Assembly: GCA_018398765.1 (NCBI GenBank)
Contig: JAHBMJ010000098.1
Coordinates: forward strand, 1-57,330
From: Chromera velia
Lineage: Eukaryota
DNA: 57,330 nucleotides
Direction of reading: 5' to 3'
The translations under genes were made by a program, and so were the position numbers. The notes under the pieces are model-generated. The model was given only the letters and a program-made list of their open reading frames with translations, was not told the DNA's origin and made no database searches. Positions 10,501-21,900 of the stretch are shown here, piece by piece (positions within the stretch are counted from its first letter, which is position 1; each line of letters opens with the position of its first letter).

Positions 10501-13500
10501 GGTGACCTTTTGAATTGCTGACTGACCTTCATTTTGAAGTCAGCGTGTTCTGATCATCTCCATTCACTAATACGGTTGCTCTGCGTGCTTGCCTCTCTTT
10601 TCCCTCCCTTCCCTTCTCTTTGACACTATCCCACAGAATGACGACCTGGAGAGTTTGAGGGAGCAGCTTCGACGTCTCTCCAGTGAGAGGAAAAAGGCAG
10701 AGGACGACCTCGCCAGCAGCTGCGTGACAGTTGACAAACTCCGAGGCGCTCTCGAGAAGGCGCAGAAAGAGGCCGTGGACAAGGAGGCCGCTTTCAGCCG
10801 CGAGAGGGACGAGGCAACACGAGCCACAGCCGAGCTAAAAGCGGCCCTGGAAAGCGCAAAGGAGGAAGCCGCACAGGCCTCAGCGCTGAAAGAAACGTTG
10901 GAAGAGGAGTGTCGCCAGGCCCGAGGAGAGGCTCGAGAACTCGTTGTCGCCCTTGAAGCGGCGAGGTCTGAGGCCGCAGAGAACGCCGGGGTTTTGGAGG
11001 AGATGGAAATCAAACTTGCTAAGATGAAGGAGTTGGAGACGGCACTTGAGGCCAAAGAGGTTCAGCTTCAGACTGCACAGACGGAGGCAGCTGAAGCGGC
11101 AGCAGCATTAGAGCGGATGAGAGAAGAGGGGGCGAGAAAAGAGACGGCTTCTGGTGAAGGGGAAACGGAGGAAGGCGGGGTGGAGAGCGCAAAAGAGAAA
11201 GAGCAGATCGAACAACTGCGGTGAGTCAAGAGAGATCTTTACCTTAGCATGCATGCTTGGCGTTCTGCCTCTGAAGCTTCCGTGAGCCTAGAAGTATGCA
11301 GTGGACACACTCTTGTTCACTTGGCGGCAAAGAAAAGACTTTTTTCTAAGGGCTTCCCTTGGCTTGCTCTGCTTTCTGTGCTCTTTCCCTGTATTCCTGA
11401 ACGGCTTGATTTGATTTTTGTTTTTTTGCGTCGCTTTTCACCCCGCTTCCCTCTCTGCAGGACCGAAGTTCAAAAATTGAATGGAGAGAAGAGAGCAATC
11501 GTGGCGAAGGCCAAAGAGAGAAGCAAGCAGCTTCTTGAGGAGGTCGGCGTGGATCGAGATGGTATTTGTTGATACTGTGTTCATTATCTCTTCCTTCCTT
11601 CCGACATGTCCTGCAAAAATACAATTCAGCAGCTCGTGGAGAATGGGCTAAAACCGGCACCCATGATGTTTTTTTTTCTTGTTCTTCGTACTCAAACTCG
11701 TTCCCAGGCTTGCGTTTCTTTGGGAGGGGCTTTCCCTCTTTCCATGAGTGCCTTCTCTCTTTTTGCCCGCGTGGAATTTTGATTTGTGTTCCCCTTTTCT
11801 TTCTTTGTCTTTCTCCCGACATCTTGCAGGTAGAAAAGCTCCGAGGCGAGAGGGACTCTCTGAAGGCCGAGGTCGAGGAGAAGAGCAAACAGACGGACAG
11901 GGAGAAGGAAATCAAAGTGGAAGAAGTAGAGAACCTCGAGAAAAAATGCACAGAGGCACTCAAAAACGTCAGTCTGGGCTTCCTGGTAGGGTCTTTGGGT
12001 GTCTCCATCATTCACATGGATGCTGCTTTTCGTGCCACCTCGGTGCACAGAGTCAACCGTCCACCAAGGTGGTTTATATGTTGTAATATTTGTACAACAT
12101 GGCATTGGCAGTCGACCCCTTCAGCGTCGGTTGGCAAATAAAAAAGAAAGTGTGTTGCAGTTGTGCTTGTCTCATCTTGAGTTTGGGCCTCTGGAGTTTT
12201 GTGAGCCACGAAAAGGTGGTTTGAGTGCCTGCGTCGTCCAAGCACATACAGAGGGCGCGATACCAAAGCTCTTTTGGGCCTTCGCTTACGATCTGTCTCC
12301 AGTGTTTGTAGCCATTCCTATGTTGTGAGTGCAGGTTCTTTCGCTATGTTCTCGCTCTCCCTCTCTGCCTCTCCTATCTTGCTTGCTTGCTTGATGTTGT
12401 GCACGTCCATTTTCTTGCTTGAAAGTGATCTATCTGAGTATGCGTATGCGACTTGCCGGCTTTCGTTCCGCTGCAGGTCCAGTCTCTGGAGAGCCGTCTG
12501 TCCGAGAAGGACGGGGAGATAGATCGCCTGTCTACCCAAAACGTGAAGTTCAAAGAATTGCTCCAGAAGGCTAACGCCAGAATGGGAGACAACAAACAGA
12601 ACGTGCAGGAGTTGGAGGAGAAGTTGACCGACAGGGAGAAGGAAGTAGACTCACTTGAAAAGAGAATCAATGCGTTGATTGGTCACTACATGAGAGTGCC
12701 TGAGATCTTTCCTGCGATCTGTGTGTCTCTAAGTATCGAAGCGGGGGATGAGGTCTGGGCTTTTATCCCTGAGCCTCGAGGGTGGAGTTCCCATGAGGAC
12801 GCAGATGATGACGATGAGAGGGAGGAATTGGGAGAGGACGGGGAGGGGGGAAACGTTGTGGCTGTACGACGAGACCCCGACCTTCTTCCTGGATGCCGCT
12901 GGGTTGGTTGGTGGAGAGTGGCTGATCTAGAGAAGGCAGCCTCCTCCAAGGGGGCGGAGTTTGTGGCTCCTGCTCTGGTGCACAACACGTTCGAGAAGGA
13001 GGTCAGCTTAGAGAAAGAAAATATGCCTGCGTGTGACTTGGCGACTGCCTTCTCTTCGTCAAAATTGGTGCTCAGAAAGAGAACTAATTGAAAACATGTC
13101 CTCCATCCAGATTCTCGTCTCCCCATCTCCTTCTGCCATCTCCTGGTGTGCTTTCATTGGTCTTCCGTCATCTCTCCGTTAGCTGCAGGACCGAATGTAT
13201 GCTTCCTTTCTCGTTCTCCGGCTTACTTTGGTTCTTTGTACCGGCATCACGAAGATTTTGTTTCTGTCACACACATTTCCCTTCTCCCCACATTTTGCTC
13301 AATCCCCCAAAGATCTGAACTTGGCTCGTTTCGTCTGAGGACAAGTGATGGCCGCTTCTGAAGACCATGAGCCGTTCTTTTATGTTTGTTGTGACGGTTG
13401 TTCGTAGAGCCCCCCTTCTGTCTTAATTCCCCCTCAGGTCGAGTCCTGGCGCCTGCTGCTGGCTGACAAAGAGGCGGAGATCTCACGACAGAAGCAGTCA

Positions 13501-13896
13501 CTGCAAAGTCTCCAGAAGGAATTCCAAGCTTACAAACTGAAGGTAGGCGATGCAAGAGACGTGTTAAACAGGAAGAAGCAAATGGGGGGGGGATGGGCAG
13601 GCTTTTGAAGTACGACGTGCATTGACTTTTTGTTACCTCTGTCTCGAACGCGTCTTTCAGTCATCTCCTCTGCCCGATCTACACACACCACCATCTTTCT
13701 CTTCACGTCTGTGTCTGTGCATGCGTGCCGGTTTCTCACTTAAAAATGTCAGAGCCTAGCTCTAAGAGCAACGGTATGAGAGCCCAGTCATTCTTTGGCA
13801 TATGTTTTTCTTTTCAAGAATAGCCGATCTTGTATTGAAAGCATTCCATTGGTCTACCCACTTACGCTTGCTTCTTTGCATTCCGCTTCCGCACCC

Positions 13897-13939
<43 letters not shown>

Positions 13940-16889
13940 CGTATGTGTGCCTTCAGGCCCAGGCTGCCCTGAAGGGGGGGGCAGGAGGGGGTGCGGAGGT
14001 TCTGGAGTTGCGTGAGGAAGTTCAACGCCTCTCTCAGGCAGTGGAGGCGGCAGAGGCGAGGGAGAAGGAGGCCGTCGACAAGAGCTCAGAGGTGGAGTTT
14101 CAGCTAGTATCAGCAGAGAGACGGGCAGAGGAGAGACGCCGTTTGATGGAGGACCTGGAGGCTGCCCTTGCTGCTGTGCAGGAGGACACAGAGAGAAGAA
14201 TACGGTCTACTGAGGCCGAGCTAAAGTTTTCTTTCGAGTCTCTGATGAGAGACAAAGAGGCCGAATGGGAATCGAAAAACGATGAGTCGAGAGAGAAACT
14301 GTTGAAGGATTTGCGGACAGCCACTGACCGACTGCAGACGACGCAGGAGCAACTTGAGGAAGTCAGAGCGAGTGCAGAATCAGTGAGAGACGAGGATGCA
14401 GTGAAGGACTTCAGACACAGAACTGACAGCACGAATCGTGTGCCTGTGTCGCACCATGCGGCGGCGACAAGCCACTCTTCTCACGCAACAGGAGAGGGGC
14501 GCGCCGCCGCAGGTTTCCACTCAAGCCTCGATCACCATGACGATGGGGGTGTGACTCCCTCCTCGTTCAAGCCGCCCTCCGAGCCGTGCGATGTCCCACC
14601 GCCCCTACCGGTGGGGGCCGCGCGAATCCACGGGGGTCCCGCCCCCCCCGCCTATTCTCCAGAAGTGGCGCAGCCGGAGGGCGGGCGCCGAGGCAAAGGG
14701 CGCCCCCGAGTGCCGCCCGTCCCCAATTCCTTGTTGCACGACATCTCCCCCCCGTCAGCTGCCTCCACCCCCTGTGGGAGAGGAGGGGGTCCTGCTGCGT
14801 CGCTGTCGTTTGCGGGAAGCGAGTGTGACCAGCACAGAAGCGCCTCACAAGCGGGAGCGGGAGATGTGGGCGGAGGAGCAGAATGGGAGGAGGATGAGAT
14901 GAATGGGCCCGGGGGCGAACTGGATGCACAGCTGTCGTTGGGCCTCGCGAGGGGGGGGACGGGTCTGGTGCTGGCAGACGTGAATGAGGTCAGTGAGGAA
15001 AGCGGAAAGGTACCTTTTTTGTTCTGCCTTTCTACTCAATTTGAAGCGGTTCTGGAACATTTTGTGTTTCCTTTACTTGTCGTCTCTCCTCTCTTTTTAG
15101 TTTTCTCTTTCTTCCGATGGAAACCCTTCATCGCTTTTCTCTGCGGCAGAGAGGCTAGGAGACAGAGAGACGGAAACTTTTCTCATGATCACCTCTCTAG
15201 GTCAACAGGCTGCCTGTCTGCTATCTTGGATAGCTTCTCGGTTTACAGCTGCGCTGTTTGTTCTGCTACACCATGCAAATAGTAGGTGGTGTGCGGTCTG
15301 GCTTTCATCTCTGCCTGCTTCGTTGAAGATTGCGACCGTGTTCTGCTGTTCAACTCATCATCACAGAGAGGCGGACAGAACAGTGGCCATTTCCTTCCTG
15401 TATGCATAGCATCCCTCCCCGCTGTGCAGCAGTTTTTTGTAGTATATATCTCTTTCACGTGCACGGATTCTGCAGGCGATGTATAGCGAGGCTCAGAGAC
15501 TGAGACAGGAAATCCGACGGTTAGAGTCCCGGTGCAGAGACGAGGCCAGAGACAAGGAACTGCTTTCTCAGCAGGTCCGCTTATGCAGGGTCACTCTGTG
15601 TGTCTGGGGGGNNNNGGGGGGGGGGTTGGCGAAGATCCAAGACAGTATGGGATGGTAGAGTGACTGATCATTGTTTATGTTTGCTTTCCTCAAATATTGG
15701 CTCCGGCATGTTTTTTCTTTTGCATCTGGAGTTTCTTCCGTGCATACATGCACATTCTTTCTTTCTCTTCCTTCAGGTCTCAAAGCTGAAGGAGGAGATC
15801 CGAAAGAGCGACGCGACGTGGGAGCTGCAGGGTCTGCAGGGCAACAAGGTCTCGATCGAGTACCTGAGGTCCATCGTCAAGAAGTTCGTGGAGACGGGGC
15901 CGCATGGGTCTGTCTGTCTGTCCTCTCTCTGTCTCTCTATGTGTGTGTGAGAGAGAGTGTGTGTGTGTGTGAGTGAGTGTGTGTTCTCGTCTATTGGTTT
16001 GTCAGGACGCTGTTGAGACTAAATTGGATGACTGGGACGGCGTTTCGAAATCATTCTAAGGTATTTTGCTTTTCATTTTCTGGTCTTGGCCGCAACAGGA
16101 TGCTCAAGAAAGGACACGGAACGACGTGCAGGAAGGATTGAATAAAAGAGTGAATGAATGAATGAATGCATGACATGACTTACCACTGCACCCATGCAGG
16201 TCGCCTGAGCATGAGGCCCTGGTGCCCGTTCTCCTGACTCTCGTCAAAATCGAAAAGTCAGTCAGGACCTGCAGTACTCTCTGGACTTACTTGTCTGTCT
16301 GGCCGAGTGAAGTGAAAACAACTGCGTGCATCGTCTTCTCATTGTTTTGCGCCTTCAGGTTGTGTTGGACCGTTGTGACGCTTCCAGTTCCAGCTATCTG
16401 GATGTGACGGTACTCTCCTGATCTCATGTCTTTTCTTTTGGAACAACAATCTTCGGGGGGCAGCGCTTGGGACGCAATCCCCTTGTATTTTGGTGGTCCA
16501 TTTTTTCTTCGATCTTTTCCGCTCCTTCTTGCTCTCTTTTCCTCCCTCGCTTCGCGCAGAGTTCTCCTTTCTGTCGATGCGTTTTTCTTCCTCTTGTGCA
16601 AATGGCTGTGCCTGTCGTTGTGCCTGCCTTCTTGATTTGGAGCTTTCTTCCGTGTCAGTCTCTTTGGAGAAATCGTTGCTCCGTCAACATATTTCTCCCT
16701 CCCTGCCTAGTTGTTTGTCTTGTCTGTGAATGTATGTGCATGCAATCGAGCGCGTGTCTTTTTGTCTCTGTTTGGATCTGTCGATGTGTTGATTCCCCTC
16801 TTTGCAGGGATGAGGCTGCCACTGTACAGGCAGCTCGTGCAAAATTGAAAGACGGCAAATCGCTTTTAGGAGGCTTCTTTGGTCGGTAA
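4579..16889 (+). CDS. GRIP-domain golgin (GCC185/GCC88-like trans-Golgi coiled-coil tether), 19 exons, ~1,925 aa
   Basis: Phase-compatible GT-AG exons: 4579-4676, 5000-5022, 5345-6594, 6950-7144, 7653-7948, 8291-8491, 8743-9322, 9581-9697, 10062-10244, 10637-11220, 11461-11542, 11830-11967, 12477-13001, 13438-13542, 13957-14988, 15476-15574, 15777-15907, 16200-16256, 16808-16889 (5,778 nt, divisible by 3). The product is a long E/K/Q/A/L heptad coiled coil. The C-terminus VSIEYLRSIVKKFVETGPHGSPEHEALVPVLLTLVKIEKDE...LLGGFFGR* matches the GRIP domain, including the conserved Tyr. Exons 1-2 are the least certain. Confidence 0.85.
15612..15615. other. Small assembly gap within an intronic poly-G run
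   Basis: nnnn flanked by G runs. Confidence 0.95.
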
Positions 16890-17015
16890 GCTAAGCAGGG
16901 TATCCAGGTGTTACTCCGAGCAAACTTAGAAACAAAAGAACTTGAAGACGTAATGGTTAACTTTTTATTTATATGTTTTATGTAAATTTGAATCATATAG
17001 AATTTGGATATACTC

Positions 17016-17851
17016 CTAGGGTTGGACACTAAAGTTTTAAAGTTTTTTTTTGTTAAAGTTTTTTTTTCGCCTTTTAGACTTTATTTTAAAAAAATATTTT
17101 TCAATCAGTTTTTGAGTAGATCGTTAATTAAGTCAGTCATAAGTTAGACTCATAACTAAACTAATCAACTAGCCTACATAGAAGATGGCACAAGCTTAGT
17201 CTCTTTAAGTTAAAATTTATGTTCACATTGAAAACAATCATCAGCGAGATCGATCGGATCTAGCATCGGAAGAAAAGTGATCGGATGACATCACGGATCA
17301 AAAGTTCGGATGTACTTGCACCGGGAAGTAAACACTCGCAATCATTAGAATCAATGGATTTCAGATCAGGGTAGAAGACTTTGAATTGGCAAATATCAAA
17401 GATGTTGCGCTAACGTTAGCATACATCGAGAAGAGACCCGGAGGAGTAGTAGTTGCAAGCAGCCGCCACCGTCTGTTAGGAGAAGTGATTGTTGGAAAAA
17501 AAGAAGTGGATTTCTTGGAGAAAGATCCCACAGGACCAAAGTTACCGGTTGTTTGAATTTATATTAACTTTGTTTCTAGGAATTTTTATGAGAATTGTAA
17601 TTAATATAGTAATGCATTACATACATCGTTTTCAAATTTAAAAAACTTGTGCATAACTATAGTATATCTAGTAATTTATAAAGCATCAACTTTGTCTGGA
17701 ATAATATAAATGAAACCAACTTCTCTAGCAATGTCTTTTAAATGAGCTTTTACATGTCTGGTTGCATGTTTACTTTTAAAGTTTTAAAGTTAAAGTTTAA
17801 AGTTTTGCAAGCAAACTATATTATAAAAAAAACTTTAGTGTCCAACCCTAG
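17016..17851. mobile_element. Non-autonomous DNA transposon (hAT-like), ~23-bp TIRs, 8-bp TSD
   Basis: Left end CTAGGGTTGGACACTAAAGTTTT; right end AAAACTTTAGTGTCCAACCCTAG (perfect inverted repeat). Flanked by the direct repeat ATATACTC at 17008-17015 and 17852-17859. Confidence 0.85.
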
Positions 17852-18059
17852 ATATACTCAGACAAATTGGGGGCTTTCTACTAAGCAGTACCTAGGCAGT
17901 ACCAAACCCAGAGGACTACAAGTATCGTCAGCAGATTTCTTAGCAGATTTCAGGAAGATTTCTTACTATATTTCTTAATTAATTTTAGAATTCTATTGGA
18001 AATGAATTTCAGATATTGTCTAGTATATTGTTATTATATTGTTAGCATAGAATGGCATT

Positions 18060-18190
18060 GATGTTCCAGATTAATTTCCAAAGTTGCCCGCGGTCCACTG
18101 CCGTATATATTCTGGGTTATCCTCAAAGCCGTGCTAGTAGCTTAGGATTTGGCGTCGCTAAATCTAGAATTTAACCCTCAATCATCATAT
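18060..18190 (+). mobile_element. Short retroposon 3' end, same family as 1081-1306
   Basis: tcgctaaatctagaatttaaccctcaatcatcat is nearly identical to 1259-1295. The 5' boundary is uncertain. Confidence 0.5.
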
Positions 18191-18360
18191 TAGAGTGATT
18201 TACTGCCAGTATGACTGATGCCCTAGTCTACTTAGAACACTGTCGCCGTTTTGTCTTCCATCTAGAGGTCACCCTCGTAAACGGCAGGATGCTTATAGCA
18301 TGATGATGAGATTTATGAGAATGAATGAAGTAAAGGCCGCAATTTTTATGATAGTAAATA

Positions 18361-18542
18361 AAAGCAGTAACCAGGATAGAAGGAAGAGATGAAAGACGTA
18401 TAGGCCAGACGCTAGCAAATGCTGAAGAAGGCATTCATATGGAGGAGCGTCAAGTATGAGGTCGCATGAGAGAGAGAGCTAGTAGCGAAAGCAGTAACCA
18501 GGACAGAAGGAAGAGATGAAAGACGTATAGGCCAGACGCTAG
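18361..18542. repeat. 55-bp direct repeat (two copies 127 bp apart)
   Basis: 18361-18415 and 18488-18542 are identical except ggaTag versus ggaCag. Confidence 0.85.
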
Positions 18543-18978
18543 GAACAAACTTTAAGTCAATGCCCCCGAAAAAAAAAGATGATAGTAAATAACCGTGACA
18601 TATTGCGTTAAAAACCTTAGAAGGCGTTCTGGTACTTCTGGATGGTATATAAAGTGTAAAAATAGGCATGCTGCTAACAGCTTACATGGATGCGCGGAAT
18701 TTAAAAAAAATAATAAACTCACAAATACTCACAAACTTGCTAGAGCAAGTCAATAAAACTTGTGACTTCAAAAACGCAGAAGTTGAAGTCTTTCTACCAT
18801 GGGGGCGCCATCAATTGACAGATTGAACGGCGGCGTCGGCGGGTTGCCAATTGGTGACTAAAAGTGAGCCACTGCTCGATGGTGCACGCCTCATCAATTG
18901 CCACTTCGCACAGAAAGGCAGGAAAAGCAAAAGAAAGGACTCGACCGAGCGATGCACAGGTTGAGTACACTAATTAGA

Positions 18979-21900
18979 TTACAGAAGATACTTCTTCAGA
19001 TCCCGTCGTTTTACAACCTCGGAAAGCCGTTTCCGCACGTGTGCTTTGTTGATCTCGATATCCTTGCTGCAGTCCGTTCATTCAAATACAGGCAGAAAAC
19101 CTGAGCGGAACATTCGACCCAACTTTTGTATGCTTCCAACAGATTCATTGGAACTCGACAGGGCCACTGGAATGACGCCATGCACGTGTGAAAGAAATGC
19201 CATGCAGGAACTAATGAAATGCCATCCAGGTCCACTCCAATTCCACAACTACACTCTTCCCCCCCGCAGACTCTCGGAACAAATGCAGCCGGAAGACAAT
19301 CAAGACACGAAGCACACTCCTTCTAGCCCTCTGCCGCTCCGTACAAGAACTGACAGACTGACTGACGCATCTGAATCCTTCAAATCGGGTGCATTGAACG
19401 AGATCTCCTCCATCACTCTGCATCCATTCAGGCAGACAGGCAGACAGACAGACAGACAGACAGAAAGAAAGACAGAAAGAAAGACAGAAAGAAAGAAAGA
19501 AAGAAAGAAAGAAAAAAGAAAGGACGGAAGTTACTTTGCCAAATGCAAGGACAAATCTTGCATCCTGAGTGCCAACCCCAAATGTGTCGTCCCTCTTTCG
19601 TTGAAGAAACCCTCGAGGAAGGAAGGACCTACCTTTCCATGATGGTGTTCAGCCTTCGGGCCCCGATATTTTCCGTCGTGGTGTTCATTTCCTCTGCGAC
19701 TGCACTCAATTGGAAGAGAAGAGAAGGGAATGGGCATCAATGAGTGAAAGGTCGCACTTGGACAAAGGGCTCCAACTACACCACGCAGGCATTTCGATTT
19801 CTCTGTCCACTTCTCAAATGCAAAGAGTTTCTCTCCTGAAGACAGTCACTGCTGAGGAAGCGGATGAACACCAGAGACAGAAGAACCCGTCATTCTGTGC
19901 CGAGGATGAAAGAAACATCCATGTGGAAACAGGAACAGAAGTCTGGTGTAACTTCTTGCACGGAGAGACGCTTCCAAGTACGCAATCACTCACTGACTCT
20001 CTCTCTCTCTCACACACACACACACGCACACGCACATGCAAACACGTCACCCATATGTACGTACGCATTAGTATATGAACACACACCGCACCCTCCAACA
20101 CTGTACAAAGAGGCGAAAACAGACCTCGAGCTATTTCCTTCACCGCTCCCTTGGTGAAGCTCACAGAGAGTCCCTCTGCTTCGAGCATCTCTGCGATGCG
20201 ATGACAAGAAAGAAAGAAGTAAAGCAATGAATGAATAAACGAAGAAATGGAGCATAGAAGTGGGGGGTAGCACTGAAGAGAAAAGTGACAGAAACGTAAC
20301 AAAGATTCAAATCGAATCTCTCTGCCCCGCAGGGGAACTCTCTTGCTCACCAAGGGGGGAAGAGAGCACTGCTACGCGATTTTCGGTCGACTGGCGCTTT
20401 GTTTGCGATGACGGACATTTCCTCCCCTTTCTTTGTTTCTTCCTTTCTTCCTTTCTTCGTTCCCACACTCTCTCTTGGCTGCCTTGCTCCCCTCTTTTTC
20501 TTTCGTTTGTTCAATCGTACATTTGGAATGCATGGCTTTCTTCGTCCATTGAAAAAAAAATCCTGCTTGCTTCCATCCGTCCTTCCCTTCGTCGCTCTCT
20601 TTCAGTCAGTCGGCCGGAGTTGCAAAGGAAAAGGCGACCCTTGATGACTGCCTTGCCTGACTTTTGTGTTGTTCCAAAAGGTTGTGTGCAGGTTCTGTGA
20701 GGACTCTCTCGAGGTCCTTCCTCTTCATTGACTGCAGCCCCACTCGAACAGGGAGGCGGCCCTGGAGCTCTGCCATGAGGTCCTTTGGCTTCGTCGAGTG
20801 GAACGCCCCCGCAGCGATGAACAAAATGAAGTCCGTCTTCACAGGACCTGCGTGAATGGTGAGAAGGGGGTGGGTGGGTGGGTAGGAAGTTTCTTTCTTT
20901 CTCTTCGCCTCTCCTTGGCTCTCTTCAGAGCAGAGTGGGCGGAGTTCGGGCCCAATCTGATAGGTATCAATGTGAAGATTATGCAAACAACAAAACAGAC
21001 AGACATCTGTCAGAAAGAGCACTGAAATGTCTCTTGTCGGAAGTTGAGGGCCGACATCCAGCCTGCCGACCGACCGACCGATTCGGGTCTCGATTTCACA
21101 TCCCTCTATGAGTGGGAGGAGGTCCCTCTGTACCCCCTCAGAGGAACAGTCTGGCCCTCCGTCCCCCCCCCTGCTCTTCGCACTGCTGCAGACTTTGTCG
21201 ATCTCATCAATGAACACAATCCCCTCCTGCTCGCATGCCTCCAGGGCCTGGCGCTCCATCTCAGGCTGCGTCCATTCATCCACACATACGAGCAACGATC
21301 CGTTTATTCGTATGATAGAGAGGGGCATCCAGTTGACCTCTCTGTTCCTTCGATCAGTTTTCCCCATGCACCCATGCCATCTTCCGTGTTCGTCAGACTG
21401 AACCGCTTCACGGCCGCTGTGAAAGTTTCTAGTTCTGTCTTGTACTAACCCAAAAAATCGAGGCGGCTTCCCCGAGAAGGTCCCTCCGCCATTCCCCATT
21501 GTGTTCTCCAAGATAGGCGGACCGACTGACCGTTTCGGATGCCCTTGCGAGTTCCACATTGGAGAGGATGCTGCGGGCATCCTTAATCGCGACAGAACGC
21601 CTAGAGGCAAAGCCGCCCGTCCCAGAGAAAGTGCTCCGAGATCCTGCAGAGGTGCAGAGAGACAGTCAGGGGGTGAAAGGACGAAAAAAGTGGTATCAAC
21701 TGAAGAAGATAAGAAGCCGGAAGTATAAATGGCACCTCCGACTTTCACAGGAGGGCCCCTGTTACTCTCTCTCCTCGTTCAGTCCTATCGATCCAAAAAG
21801 AAATGCTCGCCAGAGAAAAGTGCGGCTGTGAGACCACTCCGAATTGAAGCATGAAACGAATCATCCTCAGAGACAGAGAGAGAGAGAGTGTGAGAAAGCT

